63,912 nt of DNA from Candidatus Babelota bacterium (GCA_014730005.1 WJIY01000043.1:1-63912); one strand, 5' to 3'. Counted from the stretch's first letter, positions 1 through 10,024 are shown. Notes: a model not told the origin generated them from the sequence alone. Numbers and translations: made by a program.

Positions 1-83
1 AATTTTGGAACTGATTTATATTTCATTTCCTCTTCAAAAAACTTGCAAAAATTATCAACTTCATAGAAAATGTTAGTTAACAT
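1..83 (-). CDS. IS982-family transposase, N-terminal fragment (runs off window)
   Basis: Hand translation from ATG at 83: MLTNIFYEVDNFCKFFEEEMKYKSVPK, matching the IS982 N-terminal pattern IF..VDDFCK.FE; not in ORF track. Confidence 0.75.
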   Translation of the reverse strand, partial: MLTNIFYEVDNFCKFFEEEMKYKSVPK

Positions 84-166
84 ATTAGCTCCTTTCTTTA
101 ATTTTTTTTCTAGGTATTTTACCTAGTTTTTAAAGAAAGGAATATTTTTTTATCCCGAGCTCGCGT
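1..166 (-). mobile_element. IS982-family insertion sequence, left end (truncated by window edge)
   Basis: Minus strand starts ACGCGAGCTCGGGATA (151-166), resembling IS982 AC-terminal inverted repeats, followed by RBS GAAAGGAG and a transposase-like N-terminus. Confidence 0.75.
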
Positions 167-251
167 TAAATATAGCAAGATTTGTTTGCTGTGTAATGCT
201 TTTGCAAACATTGTTTTTTTTATTTATTATATAAAAAATGGAGTTTATATT

Positions 252-1088
252 ATGAAAAGTTTAAATAAATTAATTTTATCGAGTTTATTGGGATCAAGTT
301 TTATAGTTTTGTCAGCAAGTGGGATGCATTTTTTTAAAAAGCTAAAAGACAAAAGAACTCGTCAATTTGTTTCATTAAATTCAACGTTACGTTTAAATGA
401 TAGTTGTGAAAAAAAAATTAAAACAAGTGAAAATGAAACACGATCATTTTTAACTACAACTACAACAACAGCTATGGATTGTAAAGAACATGTTGAGAGT
501 AAATTTCAGCGATTTGGAGATAATATATATTTATTAATGGATTTTTTAAATATTGCAACACAAAAAAAACCGCAAGAACCATGTGAAAATTATGCAGGCA
601 CAATATTATCATTAAATGATTTTAGAAAATTGATGATTCTAACTAAATCATTAGAAAGTGGAATGAAAAAAATATATCAAATTAATGGAGAAATAAATTC
701 TAAATGTTTTCTTTGTGATTATAGTATAGAAGATGTTGTTGAGTCTGGAGATGTTGAGTTGTTAAAAAAAATTATAGTTGAGAGGAAAATTTCTAAACTT
801 TCTTTTTCAGAGGCTTTAATCAAAGCCTCTGAAAAAGGTAAATTTAAAATGTTACAGGAACTTTTAAATCTTCAAAATGATATAAAAGGATTAACGATAG
901 ACAATAATTGTCTTTATAATGCTTTAATAAAAGCAATTAGAAATAACCATGAAAAAGTTGTTAAAATTTTGTTAAATAGAAATAGACAAACTTTTGCTTC
1001 ACTGGTTGAAAGTAATCCCCTAATAAGTAAAAATTTATTAAATGCCTCTGCTAATAATTTAGAAATTCAGCGTATATTTCAGTTCTAA
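252..1088 (+). CDS. Exported protein with degenerate C-terminal ankyrin repeats
   Basis: ATG at 252 after GGAG; signal peptide MKSLNKLILSSLLGSSFIVLSA; ALIKASEKGKFKMLQELL and ALIKAIRNNHEKVVKILL ankyrin-like units. Confidence 0.65.
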   Translation: MKSLNKLILSSLLGSSFIVLSASGMHFFKKLKDKRTRQFVSLNSTLRLNDSCEKKIKTSENETRSFLTTTTTTAMDCKEHVESKFQRFGDNIYLLMDFLNIATQKKPQEPCENYAGTILSLNDFRKLMILTKSLESGMKKIYQINGEINSKCFLCDYSIEDVVESGDVELLKKIIVERKISKLSFSEALIKASEKGKFKMLQELLNLQNDIKGLTIDNNCLYNALIKAIRNNHEKVVKILLNRNRQTFASLVESNPLISKNLLNASANNLEIQRIFQF

Positions 1089-1332
1089 TTTTCATATTTA
1101 AAAAAGCGTTTATTCAATTGTTTAAATTTATGTTAATAGAAAATACAAATTTGTTATAGTGATACTACAAGTTATTTTTTGGTGGATCATATTGTGTTGT
1201 ATAAGTACTAATAGAATATATTTTGTATATTTATTAACAAAAAAATCTATTTTATTATTAATTTTGATCTAATTATAGTTAAATAAATCTTTTAATAAAT
1301 ATTCATAAGATTTAATAATTTATTCGACCCTT

Positions 1333-1361
1333 TTGACGTTTATATTAAGTTTTTTTATTCT
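1333..1361 (+). promoter_or_regulatory. Putative sigma70 promoter of the 1483-7674 cluster
   Basis: TTGACG-N17-TATTCT. Confidence 0.4.
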
Positions 1362-1482
1362 CAAAATAAGCTAAAGGTTTATTATTTATAATCCTAAAAA
1401 TCTTAAGCGCAACATAGGTTACATTTTAAATAATAATTTCATCAAGTTATAAACATTGAATAATATATTAACGGAGGTTATT

Positions 1483-2415
1483 ATGAAACCGTTTAAGTTT
1501 AAAAACATTTTATTAATTATTGGTTTGTTAAGTTTTAATTTTTTATCAATTGCTAATTCAGCACCTGAAAATATAAATTGTGAAAAAGATTTAGGAAATA
1601 CTACTGTTAAAGAATTACCTTTTTGGTTTTTTGGAATTGCAAGTAGAATTTCTGATAGGATTTTCAATATTTTAAGTTTTTCAAATTTTGGTAAAAATTT
1701 ATTGCTGCCTTTTGATTTTGTTTCTAAGAGCGTGTCAACAGATTTGGGTTCAATTAAAAAAAGTATCAAATTTATTGAAAAAAGTATTAATGATTTAAAA
1801 AATGATCGAAATTTAAATAATGTATCATTAGTTGAGAGATTAAATATGAGCAAACAATGTTATGAGCAATATGCTAATGGTCTTCAAAATTTTTTTACAA
1901 AATTGTTGGACTTTAAAGGTTTATATAACAGATTTATGTCTAAAGGAATAAAAGACGAAACAGAAATGCGTATTGCTACACAGTTAGCTCAAGATTATCA
2001 AAATGTTTATGGCAATTTATATAATTGTTTGAATAAGGTTGATCCAAAAGGAGAAATTCCTCTTAATAAACAAATATTTTTGGATTATGTTGAATCTAAA
2101 ACTTTGGCAGATAATCAAGCAGCAAGATTAAATTGGGAATTTTTGAAATATTATATGCAAGAAATATGGAAGCGATTAGATGCCGTTTGTCATCCTGCGG
2201 TTAAATGGTCTCTTATTCCTATAAGTACATATTTAATTGGTTATAAATTATTATGGTATAATTTGATGTATCGTACATACAAATGGTGGCATGGTCAAAC
2301 TAGAGCACAGATCTTAAGACGCATGTATGCAGAATTAAAAAATGTTAGAAATATTGCAGATGCGAATGCTAATATAAGATCTTGTCTTCAAGATTATAGA
2401 AATGCACCAGTTTAA
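1483..2415 (+). CDS. Hypothetical exported/membrane protein (paralog A)
   Basis: GGAGG RBS before ATG 1483; signal peptide; helical domain; hydrophobic segment near C-terminus; shares motifs with next gene. Confidence 0.75.
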   Translation: MKPFKFKNILLIIGLLSFNFLSIANSAPENINCEKDLGNTTVKELPFWFFGIASRISDRIFNILSFSNFGKNLLLPFDFVSKSVSTDLGSIKKSIKFIEKSINDLKNDRNLNNVSLVERLNMSKQCYEQYANGLQNFFTKLLDFKGLYNRFMSKGIKDETEMRIATQLAQDYQNVYGNLYNCLNKVDPKGEIPLNKQIFLDYVESKTLADNQAARLNWEFLKYYMQEIWKRLDAVCHPAVKWSLIPISTYLIGYKLLWYNLMYRTYKWWHGQTRAQILRRMYAELKNVRNIADANANIRSCLQDYRNAPV

Positions 2416-2454
2416 TATCAGGAAAATATTTTTTTGTTTTTGGAGGTTATAAAT

Positions 2455-3690
2455 ATGAAATTTATAAAAAAAATTTTTTTAATGCTTATTTTTTTATCCA
2501 TGGGATTAAGTTATAATTTAAGTTCTATAGCTAGAGGTGGAGGTGCAAGAGATGTATCAGCTGAAAACTTGCGTTATTGGTGGCCTATTATTGTTGGCAA
2601 GAGCTCTGATTTGAATAATTTTTTTTGGAATCAAAGTAAAGCTTATATTGAAAAACTTAATGCAGGTATTTTTTCTAAAATAAATACTTTTTTTGATGTT
2701 AATCCTAGTTTTAAATTTGAATTGTCGGGACAAAAGGAACTTGAAAGGCTTAATAATTTAAGAAAAACTATAATTGAAAAAACAAATAATTTATCTAATT
2801 ATGCCAAAAAATTTCACAATATTAGACCACAAGATGATTTAAATTCAATAACGCTAGCAAAAACTTGTTTAAAACAATATGCAAATAATATCCAGAATAT
2901 GACATCTTTTGTTAAACAAAATTCTCAAACAACAGTTGAGCCGGGAAGATGGTGGTGGTTAAGTCGAAGCAAAACTCAATATCCTCTTCATGATTCAATA
3001 AATGAACGTGGAATTACTGATGAGATGACAAGGCGGTATGCTCTTGATTATTCGAATATTGAACAAAAGGAAATTAATGATTTGAAACAGTGTTTAGATT
3101 CTGTTGAAAATCAAGAGTTGATTGATCCATTGAAAAAAGAAGTATTAAGCGATGCAGATCACATAGAACAGAGAGCACGGCAATTAAGATTGGATTCTAT
3201 AAAATATAATTTTAAAGAATTTGTAAAAAGAGCTTGGGAGATTCCAGCGGTTAAAACCTTTTTGATATCAAGTGGAATAGTTTTAGCTCCTGTAATTTTA
3301 TACAAATTGTATAGAGCATTTTGTATTTATCCGTATAGATTAATTAAAGAGGAAAGTTGTAATTCTTTGAGCAAAAAAGAAGTACAACTCATTGGAGAAA
3401 TTGATGAATTAAACCAGGTAATAAATGATTATAATGTACAAAGAAATAATTTAGTAAATACTACTGCACAAAATCAGCAGCAAAATAGATTGCAATCTAC
3501 TAGTAATACAACTCAACAACAATGTTTGCAGCAAGATGAGAGAGTAATGCAATTGTGTGAAAAAAATCGGCAGCTCAAAGATCTTTTACAAATAAAAAGA
3601 GATTATGAGCAGTATTCTGGATCAGCAGTTGCTTGGAATTTTTATATGTGGCCGTTAAAGGCTTTATATAAAAAAATTTGGTCTAGATAA
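2455..3690 (+). CDS. Hypothetical exported/membrane protein (paralog B) with Gln-rich coiled-coil tail
   Basis: GGAGG RBS before ATG 2455; signal peptide; TM FLISSGIVLAPVILY; QNQQQNRLQ...QQQCLQQ stretch. Confidence 0.75.
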   Translation: MKFIKKIFLMLIFLSMGLSYNLSSIARGGGARDVSAENLRYWWPIIVGKSSDLNNFFWNQSKAYIEKLNAGIFSKINTFFDVNPSFKFELSGQKELERLNNLRKTIIEKTNNLSNYAKKFHNIRPQDDLNSITLAKTCLKQYANNIQNMTSFVKQNSQTTVEPGRWWWLSRSKTQYPLHDSINERGITDEMTRRYALDYSNIEQKEINDLKQCLDSVENQELIDPLKKEVLSDADHIEQRARQLRLDSIKYNFKEFVKRAWEIPAVKTFLISSGIVLAPVILYKLYRAFCIYPYRLIKEESCNSLSKKEVQLIGEIDELNQVINDYNVQRNNLVNTTAQNQQQNRLQSTSNTTQQQCLQQDERVMQLCEKNRQLKDLLQIKRDYEQYSGSAVAWNFYMWPLKALYKKIWSR

Positions 3691-3736
3691 ATAAAATGAA
3701 TTCGGAGTCGAAATTAAAGTTATGGAGGTTTTTTAA

Positions 3737-5338
3737 GTGAAAAATTTAAAAAAAACACGTGTAAAAATAATAACATTTATAACTTTAACTATCTTTTTTT
3801 TCATATCAAATAATCTTTTTGCATCAAAAGATTATTTGAATAAAGCTTTTTCAAGTTATGATTTAGCATATAAACAAGAAATTGAAAAACTAGAAAAACA
3901 AAAAAAACAATATGTTGAAGATTTGCAAGAATTGGAACAATTGATTGATCAAAAAAGCTCTGATGAGTTGATTGAGTTGATTCTTGAGAAAAGCAAAAAA
4001 ATTTCACCTCAAAATCCTTCTTTTGCTCCGCTTTTTATTCCAAAAAATTATGAATTGTTAGATGATGCTAGTAAAAATCGGTTAGAAAAAGATAATGTAT
4101 TACTTAATTTAGATAATGATGTTGCTAAATTTAAAAAAGAAATACAAAAAAATAAGATTGCCTACGAATTATTATCTTATGTTGAATCGGATGAAACTAC
4201 ATTTGATGTAGATTATGATAAACAAGAATTTGCTGAACTTAAAGAAATTAATGCAATTGATAATACATATACCAAGTTTGGAAAGTTATATATCTTAGAT
4301 GTCCTTGCTGATTTTACACGAGATGGATCAGATTTAAGCGAAAATCATAAAATTATTAAATTTTTAATGCAAAACGAGGAATTTTTTACACAATTAGAAA
4401 AATTTTTATCTGCCTTAGCAGTATCAACAGATTTTTATTTAGATTATTATTGTGCCTTAAAAAATGATTTTGAAAGCAAAACTGTTCAACAACAAGTGAA
4501 TACTTTAATTAACAGTTTAAATAAATTTAATTATTATTTTATGTCTCCTGCTTGGGATGCCACAAAACAAACTACAATAGATGTTGCAAGTACTTTTATT
4601 TTTAGTCTTGCTTTTATTTCGATTTTTAAATCAGTGGATTTTGTTTTTAATACTGAGTATTTTCAAAATTCTAATTCTTTATTTGATAATGTATCAAGCT
4701 GTTTAACATTTGATCCATATCTTAATGCATTACAGAATTGGAAACTATGGAGTGCGGTTATTTTGCAGAAATTATTATTTGAGAATATTAAATCAGGTTG
4801 GATAAAATTACCATTAAGTATTTCAAGTAGATATTTTGTTCCAAAAATAACAGGTATATCTAATTATGTTTTTCCTTATGTGACAGCTCCGATAAAAGGT
4901 GTTTTATATTTTGTTTCGAATATTAAAAATAGCTGGATAAAGAAAAAACATACTTTTGATGAGATTAAACCATGTATTCAAAATACCAAATTATTAGTCA
5001 AATCATTAGAGGGAATTGGTCTTTTATTAAGTCAAAAACAAGAAAATGAACAACAATTGGGATTATTAGGACAAGATATACGAGAATTTTTAAATGAGAA
5101 AAATCAAAAAAACAATAAATTATTTGAATTAATGAATTTATATGAAAGTGATAATTCTAATGAGGTTATAACAACAGCTACATTTATTTCTATGTTGGAT
5201 TCTTTAATCAATGAAGTTGAAAATAAGTCTTTGTTTATAAAAGCTTTGAGATCTATGGGAAAGCTTGACGCATTACAAGCCGTTGCAAAGTATTACAAAA
5301 ATAACACGAATAATATGCCTTCTTGGTTAGATATTTAA
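3737..5338 (+). CDS. MutS-related exported protein lacking the ATPase domain
   Basis: GGAGG + GTG; signal peptide; IDNTYTKFGKLYILDVLA and SMGKLDALQAVAKYY align to the downstream MutS-like protein; no P-loop. Confidence 0.65.
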   Translation: MKNLKKTRVKIITFITLTIFFFISNNLFASKDYLNKAFSSYDLAYKQEIEKLEKQKKQYVEDLQELEQLIDQKSSDELIELILEKSKKISPQNPSFAPLFIPKNYELLDDASKNRLEKDNVLLNLDNDVAKFKKEIQKNKIAYELLSYVESDETTFDVDYDKQEFAELKEINAIDNTYTKFGKLYILDVLADFTRDGSDLSENHKIIKFLMQNEEFFTQLEKFLSALAVSTDFYLDYYCALKNDFESKTVQQQVNTLINSLNKFNYYFMSPAWDATKQTTIDVASTFIFSLAFISIFKSVDFVFNTEYFQNSNSLFDNVSSCLTFDPYLNALQNWKLWSAVILQKLLFENIKSGWIKLPLSISSRYFVPKITGISNYVFPYVTAPIKGVLYFVSNIKNSWIKKKHTFDEIKPCIQNTKLLVKSLEGIGLLLSQKQENEQQLGLLGQDIREFLNEKNQKNNKLFELMNLYESDNSNEVITTATFISMLDSLINEVENKSLFIKALRSMGKLDALQAVAKYYKNNTNNMPSWLDI

Positions 5339-5511
5339 TTTGAGTTTTTATAATTTATTCCGAATAGTATTTTTTCTAAATTTATTAACAATTGTTAATA
5401 AATAAAATTGTCTTTTTTTGTCTTTATTTAAATATTATGATAAATTTCTCTTTTATTAGGCTAATTTAATTTTTTTAAAGAATTTAATTAAAACTTAATT
5501 GGGGGAATTTT

Positions 5512-7674
5512 GTGAATTTAAAAAAACACTTGTTTTTTTGTTTTTCTTTTTTAATTGGAACAATCGTAGGTTTTTCTCACAAAGAATTTTTAAATAAAAA
5601 AAATATTTTTAATAAAATTTCTTATCATTTATTAAAATCATCTGAAAAACCTAGTTTAACTATTGATGAAATCAGATTAGTTATTAATCCAGAATTGCCA
5701 AATAAAATAGATAAAGTAAAAGTAGCTGAGATTATAAATAAAAAACGAATTCAACATAAAAATCGAGAAATTATTTTGCAACGATTTGAGGAAAACAAAT
5801 TAGACGATGAAGATGAACAGTATTTTGATTCAAATTGTTTAACAAGTTCAATGTTTTGGCAAAATATTGAACTATTTTGCGGTCAGACAGAGTTATCTGC
5901 TCATTTGCTATCCAAAGTAAATAGAACAATTTCAGATGTTGGTTATATAATGCTTGCAAAAATGCTTGCTCAACCAACAACAGATATAAATAAACTTAAA
6001 CGTAGACAGCTTATTGTAAAAGAACTAATCGAAGATGAAGGATTATTTAAACAACTAGATTTAATATTAAAGGAATATAAAAAAATAGAATCGGATCTTT
6101 TAACTTTTTGGGATCAAAAAATATTTACCAATTTATTTGGTTCTGATTTTTATTATCCACCCGATTTTATATCTTTTTTGCCTGATGATTTGCTTGATGT
6201 TATTTTTCCCCAAAAAATTAAAAATTTTTTAAACAAGTCTCCAAAAGCATTAGAATTTTTAGCCTTAACTGATAATTTTTCTTCTTTACAATCATTAGCT
6301 CACAATTTTGAAGCTCTGGGTGCCCTTAGATTAATAAATAGAGGCTTGAAAGATGAAAACAAAGAAGATAAACTTCATCAATTTTGGAATGCATGGTTGA
6401 ATACAAAAAGTGAATTTGATAAGGCGAAAATAGCCGATAGTATTTTAGACAAGTTAAAGCATGGATGGTTGACGTTTTGGAATTCACGAAGGGCTAGTTT
6501 TGCAATTTATCAAATATTGTTATCAATAAATTCTGTTTCTAAAATTTGTAAAGGTGAAAAAAAGAAATATAAAATTCTCAAAGTTGCATATTCTAAATTA
6601 AGAAGTGCTGCAACTGTTGTTAATAGCTTGGTTAAATTACAAGAAGCTACTAAGAAAAATGAATGTATTTGTAATAATTTAGAAATTTATCAAAAAATTC
6701 AATATCTTTTTGATAAAACAACTAGCGGATCAAAAAAATTTGATGTGTTACTAGAATATTTAACGGATTCAAGTTTTGAGGATAAAGATCCGCGAGTTTT
6801 AAAATTGATGTTATCGCGTGGAAAAATATTAGCATGTTCATTACTAATGCAAAGAGCGCAAAATAATTTAATTGATATGATGCAATCTATTGGCCAAATT
6901 GATGTTTATCTTTCTATTGCAAAATTATATAAGCAATTTGTTGGACAAGATGTTACATATTCTTTCGTACAGTATTTAGATCAAGATAACCCATATATAA
7001 AACTAGATGGTTTTTGGACTCCTTTTATTAATGCTGAAAATGTGGTTATAAACGAAATTGAGTTAGGCAAAGAGGGTTTTTCAAAAGGAGCAATTATATC
7101 AGGACCAAATGCTGGTGGTAAATCCACAATACTTAAATCGATAATTATAAATTTATTACTTGCCCAAACTATTGGAATAGCTCCATGCCAAAAAATTATT
7201 TTTACTCCTTTCAGTTATCTTGATACTTATCTAAATATCATTGATGATATTACTTCAGGAAATTCATTGTTTAAAGCAGAAGTTTTAAGAGTTAAAGAAC
7301 TATTACAAACATTAAATACATTAAATCCTAGAAAATGTTTTGTAATTATGGATGAAATGTTTAATGGTACAAATCCTTTAGAAGGTGAAGCGGCGGGGTT
7401 TGCAGTTGCTTGTGCATTGGCAAAGATTCCTAATAGCATAACTTTAATTGCTAGTCATTATGCTAAAATGACAACCTTGGAACAAGAAACTGCTGGCAAG
7501 TTTAAAAATTACAAAGTTTCTGTAATTAAAAATGACAATAAAACTTTAACTTACCCATTCAAACTAGAGCAAGGAAAAACTGATCAAACAATCGCAATTG
7601 ATATACTTGAAAATGAAAAGTTTGATACTGAGATAATTGAAGACGCAAGAAAAGTAATTGCAACTGCTGTATAA
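5512..7674 (+). CDS. MutS-related protein (MutS domain III/V ATPase, no mismatch-binding domain) with N-terminal signal-like sequence
   Basis: IGQIDVYLSIA, Walker A GPNAGGKST, FKAEVLR, Walker B MDEMFNGTN, ASHY. Confidence 0.85.
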   Translation: MNLKKHLFFCFSFLIGTIVGFSHKEFLNKKNIFNKISYHLLKSSEKPSLTIDEIRLVINPELPNKIDKVKVAEIINKKRIQHKNREIILQRFEENKLDDEDEQYFDSNCLTSSMFWQNIELFCGQTELSAHLLSKVNRTISDVGYIMLAKMLAQPTTDINKLKRRQLIVKELIEDEGLFKQLDLILKEYKKIESDLLTFWDQKIFTNLFGSDFYYPPDFISFLPDDLLDVIFPQKIKNFLNKSPKALEFLALTDNFSSLQSLAHNFEALGALRLINRGLKDENKEDKLHQFWNAWLNTKSEFDKAKIADSILDKLKHGWLTFWNSRRASFAIYQILLSINSVSKICKGEKKKYKILKVAYSKLRSAATVVNSLVKLQEATKKNECICNNLEIYQKIQYLFDKTTSGSKKFDVLLEYLTDSSFEDKDPRVLKLMLSRGKILACSLLMQRAQNNLIDMMQSIGQIDVYLSIAKLYKQFVGQDVTYSFVQYLDQDNPYIKLDGFWTPFINAENVVINEIELGKEGFSKGAIISGPNAGGKSTILKSIIINLLLAQTIGIAPCQKIIFTPFSYLDTYLNIIDDITSGNSLFKAEVLRVKELLQTLNTLNPRKCFVIMDEMFNGTNPLEGEAAGFAVACALAKIPNSITLIASHYAKMTTLEQETAGKFKNYKVSVIKNDNKTLTYPFKLEQGKTDQTIAIDILENEKFDTEIIEDARKVIATAV

Positions 7675-7686
7675 TAAAATATTTTT

Positions 7687-8490
7687 TTAAATTTTAAATA
7701 GTTTTTGGGCATTTAAAGTTGTAATCTTTTCAATTTTAGAAGTAGATGTGTTTTTTATTTCGGCTAGTTTTTCTGCAATTATTGGGATATATTCTGGTAG
7801 ATTTTGTTTTCCACGTAAATTTTGGGGTGGTAAAAATGGAGAATCAGTTTCTAATAAAATATTTTCTATAGGAATTTGATTTATAGTGGTACGTAAAGAA
7901 TCGTTTTTAGGGTAAGTTATTATTGCGCCGATTCCTAAAAATAATTTTAATTCAAGGATGGCTTTTGCAAAATTTAAATCTTGAGAAAAACAATGAACCA
8001 CGCCTTTTATTTTATTTTTATAGTCTTTTAAAACCCTTAAAAGATCTTTGGCTGCATCTCTTACATGAATAATAATAGGAAGTTGATGTTCTATTGAAAG
8101 TTCTATATGGGATCTCAGAGCATAAATTTGTCTTCCCTTATCAAAAGGCATATGAAAAAAATCTAATCCAGTTTCTCCGATTGCAACTATTTTATTTTCT
8201 TTTTTATTTTGGATCATTTGCTTTATTTTTTCAAAATCTTTTTGCCAATTAATTCCACAATCACATGGGTGGAGACCTACAGCACAAAAAACATTATGGT
8301 TTTTTTTAGCAATGTTTATAGAATTTAAACTTTCATCAGTACTTGTACCAATTGTTATCAGCTGTTTTACGTCTACTTTTCTTGCAGAATCTATAATTTG
8401 TTTTATTATTAAAAAATCATTTGGATTTAAAATTTGATTTGGTTGTTTATCAACAAGCATGTTTAAATGACAATGAGTGTCAATGTACAT
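7687..8490 (-). CDS. tatD: TatD family deoxyribonuclease
   Basis: MYIDTHCHL, VGLHP, IGETGLD, IIHVR, VVHCFS, LLETDSPFL; start taken at MYIDTH. Confidence 0.93.
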   Translation of the reverse strand: MYIDTHCHLNMLVDKQPNQILNPNDFLIIKQIIDSARKVDVKQLITIGTSTDESLNSINIAKKNHNVFCAVGLHPCDCGINWQKDFEKIKQMIQNKKENKIVAIGETGLDFFHMPFDKGRQIYALRSHIELSIEHQLPIIIHVRDAAKDLLRVLKDYKNKIKGVVHCFSQDLNFAKAILELKLFLGIGAIITYPKNDSLRTTINQIPIENILLETDSPFLPPQNLRGKQNLPEYIPIIAEKLAEIKNTSTSKIEKITTLNAQKLFKI

Positions 8491-8676
8491 ATATGTTCCC
8501 TTTTTAAAAAATCTTAACATAATTTTATAAAGTAATACATTTATAATTTTTTTATAACAAACTTTCACGTAGAAAAGAAAAAAAATAAAAATATCTTGAA
8601 CAGCATATATTTGTTATTTTTAAAAAAATAGTAATATAAAATGTGTAATTAAAAAAGAGTTTTTTACCTTTTTTTC

Positions 8677-8705
8677 TTGACAAAGACGCAAACAAAATCT
8701 AAATT
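8677..8705 (+). promoter_or_regulatory. Putative sigma70 promoter of hup
   Basis: TTGACA-N17-TAAATT. Confidence 0.5.
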
Positions 8706-8801
8706 CGCTCTGAGAACCTTCTAAATAGAAGTAAAAAAAATTTATATGGCGGTATCGTTTTACTAATCTCTTTAACCAATATAAAAATTGGGAGAAATAA
8801 T

Positions 8802-9080
8802 ATGAACAAGAGTGAATTAGTCAATGCGTTGAGTGAAGAAACCAACTTCAGCAAAAAAGACATTGCTAAAGTGCTTGCTTCTTTTACAAGAATTGTAGAA
8901 AGATCTCTTAAAAGAGGTGACAAGGTTTCATTAACAGGTTTTGGTACATATTGGCTTTCCAAGCGTCCAGCCCGAGTTGGTATTAATCCAGCAACAAAAG
9001 AACGTATTAAATTACCAGCAGTCAATGTACCTCGTTTCAAGCCTGGCAAACATTTGAAAGAACAACTTCGTTCTGCATAA
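8802..9080 (+). CDS. hup: HU family DNA-binding protein
   Basis: MNKSELVNAL, VSLTGFGT, RVGINPAT, PRFKPGK. Confidence 0.95.
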   Translation: MNKSELVNALSEETNFSKKDIAKVLASFTRIVERSLKRGDKVSLTGFGTYWLSKRPARVGINPATKERIKLPAVNVPRFKPGKHLKEQLRSA

Positions 9081-9087
9081 GGATTGA

Positions 9088-9936
9088 ATGAGGGTAGTAA
9101 AACAAATTTTAAGTGCAATAGGGCCGATAATTTTGTCGGCCCTATCAATTTTGATTACATTTTTTATTTTACAACCATTAGCGCTTAAATTAGATCCAAG
9201 ATTTAATCTTTTAGCAAATAGGGGGATAGGGAAAGTAGCATTTATTTTTTTGGCTATATATCAAATTTTTTTATTATTAATAATTTTACCTAAAAGCTTT
9301 TTTAATGATTTTATAAGAATTAATTTTTCTTTTTTTATACAAAAAAGCTGGATCAAAGATTTTTTTAAATACTTTTCTATTTTTTTTAGTTTACACGTAT
9401 TATTATTAATTTTATTTTTAATGACTCCTTACGTGCAGTTTAATTATTTTTGGGGATATTTTGATTTAAATTTGATTTTAAAATTGATTTGGGGATTTAT
9501 TGTAGTTTTCTTTTTGGCCTGGAGTGAAGAATTAATATTTAGAGGTACCATATATCTTTATTTAGCAAGATTTTTCAAACCTATTGCAGGAATTCTTGTT
9601 ACATCAATAATTTTTATGTTTGTGCATGATCTTTCACGACCGGTAAATCTTATAACCGAAAACTGGCATCTTGGAATGGGGTTATTTTTATTAGGTGTAC
9701 TGTTGAATATAATTTTTGTCATAACAAGAAAACTTTATACAGGAATGGGTGCACATGCAGGTCTTGTTTTTGTAAAAGTTATTTTAAGAAGAATTCCAAT
9801 AATTATGTACTTATCTGCCTCAAAATTGCCTTTTTGGATTGATAAAGATCTCAGAATGTCTCCTTTGGTTCATTTGTTATTTTTTGCATTAATTTGTATT
9901 TTTTTTATAAAAAATCGCAAAAAATTGATAAATTAG
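9088..9936 (+). CDS. CPBP (CAAX/Abi) family intramembrane metalloprotease
   Basis: EELIFRG, FMFVH, GAHAG motifs; multiple TM segments. Confidence 0.85.
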   Translation: MRVVKQILSAIGPIILSALSILITFFILQPLALKLDPRFNLLANRGIGKVAFIFLAIYQIFLLLIILPKSFFNDFIRINFSFFIQKSWIKDFFKYFSIFFSLHVLLLILFLMTPYVQFNYFWGYFDLNLILKLIWGFIVVFFLAWSEELIFRGTIYLYLARFFKPIAGILVTSIIFMFVHDLSRPVNLITENWHLGMGLFLLGVLLNIIFVITRKLYTGMGAHAGLVFVKVILRRIPIIMYLSASKLPFWIDKDLRMSPLVHLLFFALICIFFIKNRKKLIN

Positions 9937-10024
9937 CTGTTGAATCAAAAGACCGGTGGCTTATATTTGGCTCATATGATATTATTAAATAAATATTACT
10001 TGATTTATTAATTGGAGGTTATTT

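Noticed and set aside
454..471. ACTACA/ACA microsatellite encoding poly-Thr; also a 12-bp duplication near 10264-10289
   Set aside because: Short in-frame low-complexity linkers with no sign of phase variation
1419..1853. This and other short ORFs opposite long genes (e.g. 3801, 5771, 7227, 9985, 21443, 27101, 28804, 29659, 58164, 63072)
   Set aside because: Fully or largely antisense to well-supported genes, with no motifs or RBS
5512..7674. Canonical mutS or mutS2 assignment
   Set aside because: No mismatch-binding domain I and no Smr domain, so no gene symbol was given
8699..9148. 149-aa minus-strand ORF
   Set aside because: Antisense to hup; no independent evidence
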